From Deltaproteobacteria bacterium (GTDB lineage: Bacteria > Desulfobacterota > Dissulfuribacteria > Dissulfuribacterales > QOAL01), in NCBI GenBank assembly GCA_026986785.1, contig JALSNW010000024.1, positions 30,223-94,222 on the forward strand: a stretch of 64,000 bases of DNA, given 5' to 3'. The notes under the pieces are model-generated. The model was not told the DNA's origin. It worked only from the letters and a program-made list of their open reading frames with translations, and did not search any database. A program made the position numbers and the translations under genes. Positions 1-7,984 of the stretch are shown piece by piece (the stretch's first letter is position 1; each line of letters opens with the position of its first letter).

Positions 1-129
1 TTCATGGAACCATCACATGCACGAAATGTAGGCATTGGGGCAGGGCTCTCTATTGAGGCTGTAGAAGATATCTATGAAGTCAACTGGAGGTGGCTACAAA
101 AAATCCTTAAAGGATGACAATCAAGACAA

Positions 130-1065
130 TCAAAATGATGCTGCCATGCCATATCCAGAGGCACCAACCGAGTATCCCCATCTCGGCAGGCTATCCGGGT
201 ATTCCGAATCGTTTCCTGTGAATCTCCAGGCTGAAGGACATTCAGCCAGGAACTTCATGATGTTGCAATGAAGTTCGTGCCCACTCTTTACTGCCTTTAC
301 CCTGGCCTTGAGAGGGGCGCCAAGAAGATAGAGATCCCCTATCAGGTCCAGGACCTTGTGACGCACAAACTCGTCAGAAAAACGTAGTCCTTCACTGTTT
401 AGGACGGTCTTTGCCCCAATTACCACGGCATTTTCAAGGGAGGCACCAAGGGCGAGTCCGTTTCGGTGGAGCATGTCCACTTCCTTGAGAAAACCAAACG
501 TCCTGGCCCTTGCAATGGATCTCTGAAAGACCTTTCGGTCGATCCTGCCCTTGAAACGCTGGGCATTTATGGCTGGATGGTCGAAATCTATTGTAAAGTC
601 TATATAAAAGCCGTCTGCAGGGAATAGTGTGACTTTTTTGTCACCATCCCTGAAAGAGACCTCTTCCAGGATCTCAATATAGCGCCTTGCCTTGTTCTGG
701 ACCTTGAGGCCCACCTCCTGGAAAAGCATAACATAGGTTGCAGCACTACCATCAAGGGCAGGCACCTCTGGGCCATCTATCTCGACAACGGCATTGTCTA
801 TCTCCATGCCTGAAAATGCTGCCATGAGATGTTCGATGGTGGAGATACGACAGTCCCCATTGCCAATACTAGTAGCGAAGTGACAGTCTACGATATTGTC
901 TATCCTTGCCGGTATCTCTGGTCTGGATGAGATATCGGTTCTCACGAATACGATACCGGTTCCCTCCCTGGCAGGCCTGATGGTCATGGAGACCTTTTGC
1001 CCGCAATGCAGACCGATGCCGGCGACTGCCACTTCCTTTTTTATGGTCTTTTGACAATGGCTCAT
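130..1065 (-). CDS. lpxC: UDP-3-O-acyl-N-acetylglucosamine deacetylase (LpxC)
   Basis: ORF 130..1095. The translation is LpxC-like along its full length (MSHCQKTIKKEVAVAGIGLHCGQKVSMTIRPA..GIVF..). The ATG at 1065 is preferred over the upstream TTG at 1095. Confidence 0.9.
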   Translation of the reverse strand: MSHCQKTIKKEVAVAGIGLHCGQKVSMTIRPAREGTGIVFVRTDISSRPEIPARIDNIVDCHFATSIGNGDCRISTIEHLMAAFSGMEIDNAVVEIDGPEVPALDGSAATYVMLFQEVGLKVQNKARRYIEILEEVSFRDGDKKVTLFPADGFYIDFTIDFDHPAINAQRFKGRIDRKVFQRSIARARTFGFLKEVDMLHRNGLALGASLENAVVIGAKTVLNSEGLRFSDEFVRHKVLDLIGDLYLLGAPLKARVKAVKSGHELHCNIMKFLAECPSAWRFTGNDSEYPDSLPRWGYSVGASGYGMAASF

Positions 1066-1126
1066 ATCTAAAAGGTCCCTATCCCTTCCGATCAAATTTG
1101 AAAAATTATTATTTGTCTGTACTTAA

Positions 1127-1142
1127 AGCAGGAAGTGTGCCA
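1127..1142 (-). promoter_or_regulatory. Sigma-54 (-24/-12) promoter candidate upstream of lpxC
   Basis: The reverse complement reads TGGCACacttcCTGCT. It matches TGGCAC-N5-TTGCW with the correct GG-N10-GC spacing and lies about 60 nt upstream of the lpxC ATG. Confidence 0.55.
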
Positions 1143-1223
1143 CCTAATGTATCGAATAAAACTTCAATTTTTTCCACAAGTTATAAGTATTACAGCAAGA
1201 AAAGAGGAGGGATTAAAGGGGGA

Positions 1224-1277
1224 TGAGACAAAAATGTCACAGGCAGGAGAAATGAAACCTGAGACAAAAATGTCACA
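1224..1277 (-). promoter_or_regulatory. Two perfect 18-bp direct repeats (possible enhancer-binding-protein UAS)
   Basis: TGAGACAAAAATGTCACA occurs at 1224-1241 and 1260-1277 (36-bp period). Each copy is an imperfect dyad on the gene strand (TGTGACA-N4-TGTCTCA). They lie 82-135 bp upstream of the -24 element. Confidence 0.45.
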
Positions 1278-2225
1278 CTAACCTTCGAAACCAAGTCGTC
1301 TCAATGCCTTTTCGTCCTTGGACCAATCCTTCAAGACCTTGACCCAGAGATCCAAGAAGACCTTTTTTTTGAATATCTTCTCCAGATCTTGACGGGCAAG
1401 GGTGCCTATCTTCTTTATAAACTTACCCCCCTTCCCGATAATAATGCCTTTCTGAGAAGGCCGTTCAACATATATGTAGGCCCTTATAGAGACCTTGTCG
1501 TCGTCGTCATGGATCTCTTCGACCTGGACGGCTGTAGAATATGGGACCTCCTGCTCGGCCATGAGAAAGATCTTTTCTCTCACCACCTCCTCTATGATCT
1601 TCTCGATGGATTGATCTGAGCTGGTCATAGAGTCATAAAACTGTGGCCCTTCCTCAAGGTGTTTGAGAATCTCGTCTAAAAGGATGTCCACGCCATCGAG
1701 ATATTTGGCCGATATGGGGATCAACGCCTCGAAGGGATACATCTTGCTCATTTCGTTTATAAGGGGCAAGAGATTTTCCTTGGCCACCTTGTCCATCTTG
1801 TTCAATACCAATATCACTGGTTTCTTGAGTTTTCTTATGAGTTCCAGTACGGCAAATTCTTCTTTTCTATTCCTATTTGTAACATCTACCAGGAACAATA
1901 TGAGATCCACGTCTTCGACCGCCTTCTCTGCAGCCTTGACGAGCTTTTTGTTTAGAAGTTTCTTTGAATGATGGATACCAGGCGTATCCACGAAGACTAT
2001 CTGAAAATTGTCTCCAGTCAATATCCCCCTGATAAGGTCCCTGGTGGTCTGGGGTTTGGGGGTGGCAATTGCAACCTTTTTCCCGAGAATGGAGTTCAGT
2101 AAGGTTGACTTGCCAACATTCGGGGCCCCTATGATGGCCACGAAACCCGACTTGAAACCTTTGATGGCCACGAAACCCGACTTGAAACCTTGCTTTTTCC
2201 CAGGCTGGTCTTTATCCGCTTCCAT
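1278..2225 (-). CDS. era: GTPase Era
   Basis: P-loop GAPNVGKSTLLN, DTPG, NKMD motifs and a C-terminal KH-like region. It sits immediately downstream of rnc, the classical rnc-era arrangement. Confidence 0.93.
   Translation of the reverse strand: MEADKDQPGKKQGFKSGFVAIKGFKSGFVAIIGAPNVGKSTLLNSILGKKVAIATPKPQTTRDLIRGILTGDNFQIVFVDTPGIHHSKKLLNKKLVKAAEKAVEDVDLILFLVDVTNRNRKEEFAVLELIRKLKKPVILVLNKMDKVAKENLLPLINEMSKMYPFEALIPISAKYLDGVDILLDEILKHLEEGPQFYDSMTSSDQSIEKIIEEVVREKIFLMAEQEVPYSTAVQVEEIHDDDDKVSIRAYIYVERPSQKGIIIGKGGKFIKKIGTLARQDLEKIFKKKVFLDLWVKVLKDWSKDEKALRRLGFEG
2131..2190 (-). repeat. 30-bp tandem duplication inside era (in frame)
   Basis: 2131-2160 and 2161-2190 are identical at 29/30 positions. 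The protein reads GFKSGFVAIK-GFKSGFVAII-GAPNVGKS. Confidence 0.9.
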
Positions 2226-2227
2226 AT

Positions 2228-2935
2228 TTATAGAGTAAATCCTTCGAGATTCCTAATCGCAGCCTTGGCTGCTTGTTGTTCTGCCTCCTTCTTTGTCCGG
2301 CCAGAACCATGGGAGATCTGCCTTTCCTCCAGAAAAAGGCCAACCCTGAAAAAGCGATTGTGTTCAGGGCCGGACACGTCTATCAACTTATAGGTGGGTA
2401 TGAAATGAAATCGCTTCTGCGTCAGTTCCTGGAGCCTGCTCTTGTAATCAATCAGTAGCCCCTTGCCAGGTGCTGACTCGACCAAAGAGCCAAACTGATC
2501 TCTCAGAAACGATGAGACTGCCTCGAATCCTCCATCCAGATAGATGGCACCAGTGACTGCCTCAAACGCATCGGCCAATATGGAAGGCCTGTTTCTGCCC
2601 CCACTTTTTTCCTCACCCCGGCTTAGCCTGAGGCCACTACCAAGATCCAGGGCCTTGGCCCTGTCGACAAGACGGGGTTCACTTACGAGATATGCCCTCA
2701 TCTTGGTGAGATCACCCTCCCTGAAGCTGTCCGAGAACTGTCTAAACAGCATATCACTGATGATCAATTCAAGGACCGCATCACCCAAAAACTCCAGATT
2801 TTCATTGTCCAGTTCCTCTCCCTCGGTCTCTGAGACAAAGGAACGATGTGTCAAGGCCTGTCTCAACAAGGCCTTGTCCTTAAAAAAATACCCTATCTTT
2901 GCCTCAATATGGGATAGCTGGTTCTCCACAGTCAC
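2228..2935 (-). CDS. rnc: Ribonuclease III
   Basis: RNase III signature NENLEFLGDAVLEL and a C-terminal dsRBD-like region. GTG start at 2935. Confidence 0.93.
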   Translation of the reverse strand: MTVENQLSHIEAKIGYFFKDKALLRQALTHRSFVSETEGEELDNENLEFLGDAVLELIISDMLFRQFSDSFREGDLTKMRAYLVSEPRLVDRAKALDLGSGLRLSRGEEKSGGRNRPSILADAFEAVTGAIYLDGGFEAVSSFLRDQFGSLVESAPGKGLLIDYKSRLQELTQKRFHFIPTYKLIDVSGPEHNRFFRVGLFLEERQISHGSGRTKKEAEQQAAKAAIRNLEGFTL

Positions 2936-3007
2936 ATCGCCTATTTCATATACATGTAATAAAAATAGTAGCCGACCTCAAATCTTTCATCCCGTGTTCA
3001 AACATAG

Positions 3008-3796
3008 TCAACCAGACATCCCTTCCATGTCCATGATGAAACTATCCTCAACAGCCTTTTTCATCTCTGCGGCCTCCTTTGGACTAATCTTGGCCCCCTT
3101 GAGGCCTCCAAAGAGGCTGATTTCAGAAAAATAGACCCCTCCTTCGGCTGTTTTGAGAAGATCTATGTGTGCATATGGATATTTCCCACGCATCATGACC
3201 TCTGAACAAATACGCAATTCTTCTCCACCGAGTTGATAATCACCTGACATGCCCCCAAAATGGAGGTTGTTCCTGAATCCCCTTGGATTTTTTCTCCAAT
3301 ATGCTTCCCTGTATATATCTCCAATCCAAACGATTCTTATATCGGTGCAGTTCCTCAAAAATGGTTGAATCACAAAGGGATAGGGAGGGGTTTGTGAAAA
3401 GGCCACCTGATTGAATACATCATCCAGAGATCTCCACCTACAGATCCCAAGGCCACAATCGGAATGATCAAGCTTCGTGATCACCTCGTCTATTCCTTTA
3501 TCTGAATAGACCTCCAGTACACGGGCCAAGTCCGCCTTCTTCCTCACTACGGATGTCAAGGGGGGCATCCATTGCGCAAAAATAGTGGCCTGGCAACACT
3601 TAGAGCGACTGGATAGCTGGGAGATTGCAGGAGGAAAGACAATCACTCCCCTCTCAACCATATCCAGGAGGAGGTAGTCCTCATTGGGGGCCAGATTCAG
3701 AACACAGGCAACGACATCTCCCTTTTTAAGTTCATGAAATCTCTGCCTTAATTCTATATTGGATTTTAGTATCAGAGGGTGGGACTGGCCTGTCAA
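3008..3796 (-). CDS. RimK-like ATP-grasp ligase, substrate unknown
   Basis: ATP-grasp motifs in order: VITKLDHSDCGLGI, FVIQPFL, DIRIVWIG, FRNNLHFGG (compare RimK FRxNLHRGG), HIDLL..GGVYFSEIS. Confidence 0.7.
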   Translation of the reverse strand: MTGQSHPLILKSNIELRQRFHELKKGDVVACVLNLAPNEDYLLLDMVERGVIVFPPAISQLSSRSKCCQATIFAQWMPPLTSVVRKKADLARVLEVYSDKGIDEVITKLDHSDCGLGICRWRSLDDVFNQVAFSQTPPYPFVIQPFLRNCTDIRIVWIGDIYREAYWRKNPRGFRNNLHFGGMSGDYQLGGEELRICSEVMMRGKYPYAHIDLLKTAEGGVYFSEISLFGGLKGAKISPKEAAEMKKAVEDSFIMDMEGMSG

Positions 3797-4086
3797 AAAA
3801 TCATCTCCGCAAATCTTCGATAATATTGCGAAAGATCAGCATAACACTCACCACAAAAAAGCTTTATATCTCCCAATATAGTGGATTCGTCACTTTGTGG
3901 GGTAAAGCTCCCGTCAGGGTTCTGGATATATCTGGTGGTAATCGTTACCTCTTGGGCGACCTCAAAGAAATCCTGATCATTTCCACATTCTGGACAGACA
4001 ATTCTCATCCCTGCCCTGGTAAGCCTGCCTGGAGAAGGTATCAGTACCTTTCTCCTCTTTTCAGTAGTTTTACTTTTTGCAGTCAT
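3793..4086 (-). CDS. Small zinc-ribbon-like protein (two CxxC pairs)
   Basis: 97 aa with CPECG and CGECY about 50 residues apart. Its stop overlaps the ATP-grasp start (ATGA at 3793-3796). Confidence 0.6.
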   Translation of the reverse strand: MTAKSKTTEKRRKVLIPSPGRLTRAGMRIVCPECGNDQDFFEVAQEVTITTRYIQNPDGSFTPQSDESTILGDIKLFCGECYADLSQYYRRFAEMIF

Positions 4087-4707
4087 GGGTCATATAAAGG
4101 TGATCACCACCGTACTGTCTTTATTTACCCTCATTCCCTCTCCTTTGGCAACATAAAAATTTATACTTATCCAAAAAATGGAATGCCCAGGGCCTGACAG
4201 GTGTTTTTGAGGCACAATTTCCCCCCTTGTCAATCTCAACCGAGAGGCCGTAGGTCCAAAGACATGTCGTCAATTAAATGACAAATTGACATATCAACCT
4301 CACAAAAATATGACAGATCAAACATTGTCATACATAAAATCAAACAACAAAAACAATACCATGGAAATATTTTTATTTTTTAATACAAATAGTTATGCAT
4401 TAATTGATGCTAACAAAACCAGAAACAGTACAATCGGCATAATATTTGCTTTATTAAAATTGATCGTTTTTTATAAATCTAAAAAGACCAAGAAAGAGAG
4501 CAAAAGATATGTATTGTTTAAAAAATCCAAACAGACCTACTCAGCCTGCAATTTGTAACAATTGCAAGAGAAAATGTGAAAGGGCTGGAAAGCGCAGGAC
4601 AAAGACGAAAAGTTAAACGCATAAACGAAGCCGGGGACACCGCCTCCTACCCTCCTCCTTTTTTATTCCGGCCTCACAGGTGATTCAGGATCAGGCCCTA
4701 CCTCCCC

Positions 4708-5547
4708 TCAGGTCTGCGCCTTGATTGCACGTACGGCCTCTTCTCCTCCAAAAAAACTCTCATCGAGAGAAGGAAAGTCCCCGGCTTCCACCTCTTTTTT
4801 AAAGGCACTCAAGGCCTTTTTGATTTCCGATGCCAGATCAGCATATTTCCTTACGAACTTGGGCGTAAATTTTTCGTACAGGCCAAGAAGGTCATTGGTC
4901 ACAAGTACCTGGCCATCACATCTGGGCCCTGCCCCAATACCTATGGTTGGTATGTCCACCTCTTCTGTGATCAATGCGGAAAGATCCGACGGAATACATT
5001 CCAATACCACGGCAAAGGCGCCTGCCTCTGCCACTGCGATTGCATCCTGAAAGATGGCCTTGGCCCGTTCGATATCCCGTCCCTGTACCTTGAATCCCCC
5101 GAGACTGGATGCAGTCTGAGGCGTAAGGCCCACATGCCCCATGACTGGTATACCAGCCCTGACAAGCCTACCAATGACCGGCGCCACCGATACACCACCT
5201 TCCAATTTCACAGCATCACAACCAGCCTCTTTTAGAAACCTGGACGCATTGATAAGCGCCTCTTCCTCGCTCACTTGATAGGACATGAAGGGCATATCTC
5301 CCACGAGCAAGGCATTTTTGACCCCCCTTGAAACCGCCTTGCAGTGATGAAGCATCTCCTCCATTGTAACTGGTACTGTGGAATCGTATCCAAGAATAAC
5401 CATCCCCAAGGAATCTCCTACAAGGATGATATCGATACCGGCACTATCTATCATGGAGGCAAAACTGTAATCGTATGCAGTAAGCATTGTCACAGCCGGC
5501 CCTGTGATCTTCCTGTCTTTGATATCCATTGGCGTGATAGTAGACAT
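4708..5547 (-). CDS. panB: 3-methyl-2-oxobutanoate hydroxymethyltransferase (PanB)
   Basis: The N-terminus MLTAYDYSFASMIDSAGIDIILVGDSLGMV is typical of PanB, and the length is as expected. Confidence 0.92.
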   Translation of the reverse strand: MSTITPMDIKDRKITGPAVTMLTAYDYSFASMIDSAGIDIILVGDSLGMVILGYDSTVPVTMEEMLHHCKAVSRGVKNALLVGDMPFMSYQVSEEEALINASRFLKEAGCDAVKLEGGVSVAPVIGRLVRAGIPVMGHVGLTPQTASSLGGFKVQGRDIERAKAIFQDAIAVAEAGAFAVVLECIPSDLSALITEEVDIPTIGIGAGPRCDGQVLVTNDLLGLYEKFTPKFVRKYADLASEIKKALSAFKKEVEAGDFPSLDESFFGGEEAVRAIKAQT

Positions 5548-5583
5548 TTTTCACCTCGTTCATCGTAAGTGCTTTGGGGATTT

Positions 5584-5603
5584 GCAATGGCTTGAGCCAT
5601 TGC
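5584..5603 (-). other. Near-perfect 20-bp palindrome / hairpin between rnpB and panB
   Basis: GCAATGGCT-tg-AGCCATTGC has 9-bp perfect arms and no U-run. It could be the 3' hairpin of rnpB or an operator for panB. Confidence 0.3.
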
Positions 5604-5655
5604 TTCTGGACATAATCACTCGAGGCTTCTCATTCCAGATGACTGATGGCAAAAA

Positions 5656-6028
5656 GGCCCTGAAAGAGGACTATAAGCCGGGTTCTGTATTCCACTACCA
5701 TTGTGGAACGATGATCATTCATCTGGGATGCCGGTCACCCGACACCTCAAGCAACCTACCCGGAGACTCAGGCGGGCCACCTTCGAACATCTCCCTATTT
5801 GGTCTTGCTCCAGGTGGGGTTTACCAAGCCTGCAAAGTTGCCTTTGCAGCTGGTGAGCTCTTACCTCACCTTTTCACCCTTACCCTGCAGGATATGCAGG
5901 GCGGTCTATTTTCTGTGGCACTTTCCCTGGGGTTGCCCCCGGTTCGCGTTACGAACCACCTTGCCCTGCGGAGCCCGGACTTTCCTCCCGCCTTACAACG
6001 GGCGATCATCCATCCTCTTTCAAGGCCT
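5656..6028 (-). ncRNA. rnpB: RNase P RNA, bacterial type A
   Basis: The reverse complement contains the universal GGAGGAAAGTCCGGGCTCC (5970-5988), GGTAAGGGTGAAA, AGACCAAATAGG and ACAGAACCCGGCTTAT (about 5673-5688). P1 pairing is visible between CCTTGAAAGAGGA (5' end) and TCCTCTTTCAGGG (3' end). Confidence 0.92.
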
Positions 6029-6106
6029 ACTGTAAAGTTAATGCATCACGTTTTATACTGCAAATCTGAAGAGACTGGTCAACCTCCATGTATATCCCCA
6101 TCTGGG

Positions 6107-6814
6107 TCACACCTTCAGGGCATAGATAATTCGTTGACACGAGGGACAAAACAGTAACTTTTCATCTCTGAGCAACTCGTTATACATCTGTGGAGGGATA
6201 TTCATGTTACACACACTGCAAATGCCTTCGTCCACAGCAGCCACCACTATACCAGCCCTTTTTTCAGATAGGAACTTGTAGCGGGCCATCAGATCAGGCT
6301 TCACCTCTTTTGCCACCTCATCACGTTCAGAGGTGAGGGATGCAATCTTTGAATCTATTTCTTTTTCTGCTTTGGCAATACGTCTTTCTTCAGCTGCGGC
6401 CTCCTTTTTGAGTTTTTCAACCTCTTTGGTCTTTTCTTTGACTGTCTTTTTGAGCCCTTCTATATCCTCTTCCAGTTGGAGGATCTCTTCTTCCCTGGCC
6501 TTGTTGGATTTTTTTATCTCCTCTATCTCCTTGGAAAGTGCCTGATATTCCCTGCTGTTCTTTACAGAACTCATCTTCTGCTGGGATTTTTTCAGCCGTT
6601 CCGTTTCGAGCTCCAGTTCATCTTCAACCTCTGTCTTTCTGGTCCGGAGATCTGCAAGCTTGTCTTTTAGTTGGGCGATCTCCTCATTCTTTTCATCCAT
6701 CAATTCCTTTAGGGCATCAAGTCTTTCTGGAAGATCAGCCTTTTCAAGGCCAAGCTTTCTGATCTCTAAATCTATCCCTTGAAGTCTGATGAGTGTAGAA
6801 AGTTCTGGTCTCAA
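6107..6814 (-). CDS. Coiled-coil protein with C-terminal C4 zinc ribbon (COG1579-like)
   Basis: Long K/E-rich coiled coil followed by CSVCNMNIP...CPSCQRIIY. It lies downstream of nif3, a commonly conserved pairing. Confidence 0.75.
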   Translation of the reverse strand: MRPELSTLIRLQGIDLEIRKLGLEKADLPERLDALKELMDEKNEEIAQLKDKLADLRTRKTEVEDELELETERLKKSQQKMSSVKNSREYQALSKEIEEIKKSNKAREEEILQLEEDIEGLKKTVKEKTKEVEKLKKEAAAEERRIAKAEKEIDSKIASLTSERDEVAKEVKPDLMARYKFLSEKRAGIVVAAVDEGICSVCNMNIPPQMYNELLRDEKLLFCPSCQRIIYALKV

Positions 6815-6881
6815 TTTATTTTCCCCTTTAAAAATTGGTTATTAAAATCGCATACATAGCGTCTGACTTGTTCAGCCATTA

Positions 6882-7691
6882 TCAATATTGCCAAAACCTA
6901 AGAGGCGATTTTTCCGAATCAAATATCACTGTCTCAAGCTCCCAACCATGTTCCTGCGTCTTAGCATCGAGAAATGCCTTAACATCGTGTACGACTGGCC
7001 TCTCCGTCTCAAAGTGGCCAGCATCTACCACCAGGATTCCTTGGGCCTCGGCCTGTCTCGCAATACTATGTTTGATCTCAGCAGATACAAAGGCCTCTGC
7101 TCCTCTCTTTACGGCCTCATGGAACAAAGTCGAACCAGAACCTGAACAAATGGCCACCTTTCTTATCGTTCTTTGAACTGCCCCAGCAGTAATGAGACAA
7201 CTCCTGCCCAAGGCTGTTGATATGTTGGCCAAAAATTGCTCCATGGGGACTGCCTTCTCAAGCATGCCTATTCGACCCAAACCTGCGTCTTTGTCCCCTG
7301 AACTCGGGACAAGGGGTTCTGTATCGCCGATACCAAGTAGCTTGGCGAGCCGATCGTTTACCCCTCCTTTGACAGAATCCAAGTTGGTATGCATGGAGAT
7401 AACAGAAATTTCATGACGCAAAAAACCCGCCAGGAGGCGGGCAGTGGCTTCACTCAGATCAAGCCGTTTGAGGGGCGAAAATATCAAAGGATGGTGGGAT
7501 ATTACAATATCTGCTCCCACCTCCAGGGCATAGGCGAGTGTGGCGGGCGTCACATCCAGGACAACAAGGGCCTTTTTCACTGGCCAAAAGGGATAACCCA
7601 CCTGAAGGCCCACGTTGTCCCATTCCTCTGCAAGCTCCGCTGGCGCCCAGGAAAAAAGCCCCTTGATTAGATCGTTGACTGTGGGAACCAT
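6882..7691 (-). CDS. Nif3-like dinuclear metal centre protein (GTP cyclohydrolase 1 type 2 homologue)
   Basis: The pattern WAPAELAEEWDNVGLQVG...ISHHPLIF...HTNLD...AGHFETE is typical of the NIF3/YqfO family. Confidence 0.85.
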   Translation of the reverse strand: MVPTVNDLIKGLFSWAPAELAEEWDNVGLQVGYPFWPVKKALVVLDVTPATLAYALEVGADIVISHHPLIFSPLKRLDLSEATARLLAGFLRHEISVISMHTNLDSVKGGVNDRLAKLLGIGDTEPLVPSSGDKDAGLGRIGMLEKAVPMEQFLANISTALGRSCLITAGAVQRTIRKVAICSGSGSTLFHEAVKRGAEAFVSAEIKHSIARQAEAQGILVVDAGHFETERPVVHDVKAFLDAKTQEHGWELETVIFDSEKSPLRFWQY

Positions 7692-7707
7692 AATATTCTT
7701 ACTGCAT

Positions 7708-7736
7708 TAAAAAAGGTGCAACTTATGATTGCACCT
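7708..7736 (-). terminator. Rho-independent terminator candidate
   Basis: The minus strand reads AGGTGCAA-tcataag-TTGCACCT followed by TTTTTT. The stem is a perfect 8 bp. Confidence 0.5.
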
Positions 7737-7858
7737 GTAAAAAGTCTCTTAAGACATATTTTATAGCATAGTCCCATATATTGTCGTTCCTCTCTTCAAG
7801 CCCCTGGCCACAAAGCTGGAATAAAAACAGCAGCATGGCATATTTCAAGGGACTGAAT

Positions 7859-7932
7859 TGGGCCCACCAGGATTCGAACCTGGGACCAACCGGTTATGAG
7901 CCGGTGGCTCTGACCAACTGAGCTATGGGCCC
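7859..7932 (-). tRNA. tRNA with CAT anticodon (elongator Met or lysidine-modified Ile2)
   Basis: Hand-folded cloverleaf: acceptor GGGCCCA/TGGGCCC, D arm GCTC/GAGC, anticodon stem ACCGG/CCGGT with loop CTCATAA, T arm CCAGG/CCTGG. C4-G69 and C5-G68 resemble ileX-type tRNAs. CCA is not encoded. Confidence 0.9.
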
Positions 7933-7984
7933 TGAACTGAAAAAACCAATATATCCATGCAAAAAGAATTGTCAAGATTTGAGG

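Noticed and set aside
1223-1280. Two mini-ORFs (10 and 9 codons) with SD-like sequences on the plus strand of the era-lpxC spacer.
   Set aside because: They are created by the 18-bp direct repeats themselves and lie antisense to the operon. The repeat is more simply a protein-binding site.
4286-4558. A 90-aa ORF in the AT-rich spacer.
   Set aside because: The translation is low-complexity and N/K-rich. There is no Shine-Dalgarno site and the composition is typical of non-coding AT-rich DNA.
5584-5603. Sigma-54-like TGGCTC-N6-TTGCA upstream of panB. A similar TGGTTT-N6-TTGC lies at 22926-22941 upstream of nagZ.
   Set aside because: The GG-to-GC spacing is 11 rather than the invariant 10. The panB site is better explained as a palindrome or hairpin.
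5504-6157. A 217-aa plus-strand ORF (and nested 5799..6035).
   Set aside because: It lies antisense to an unmistakable RNase P RNA gene (5656-6028). The translation has no protein-like features.
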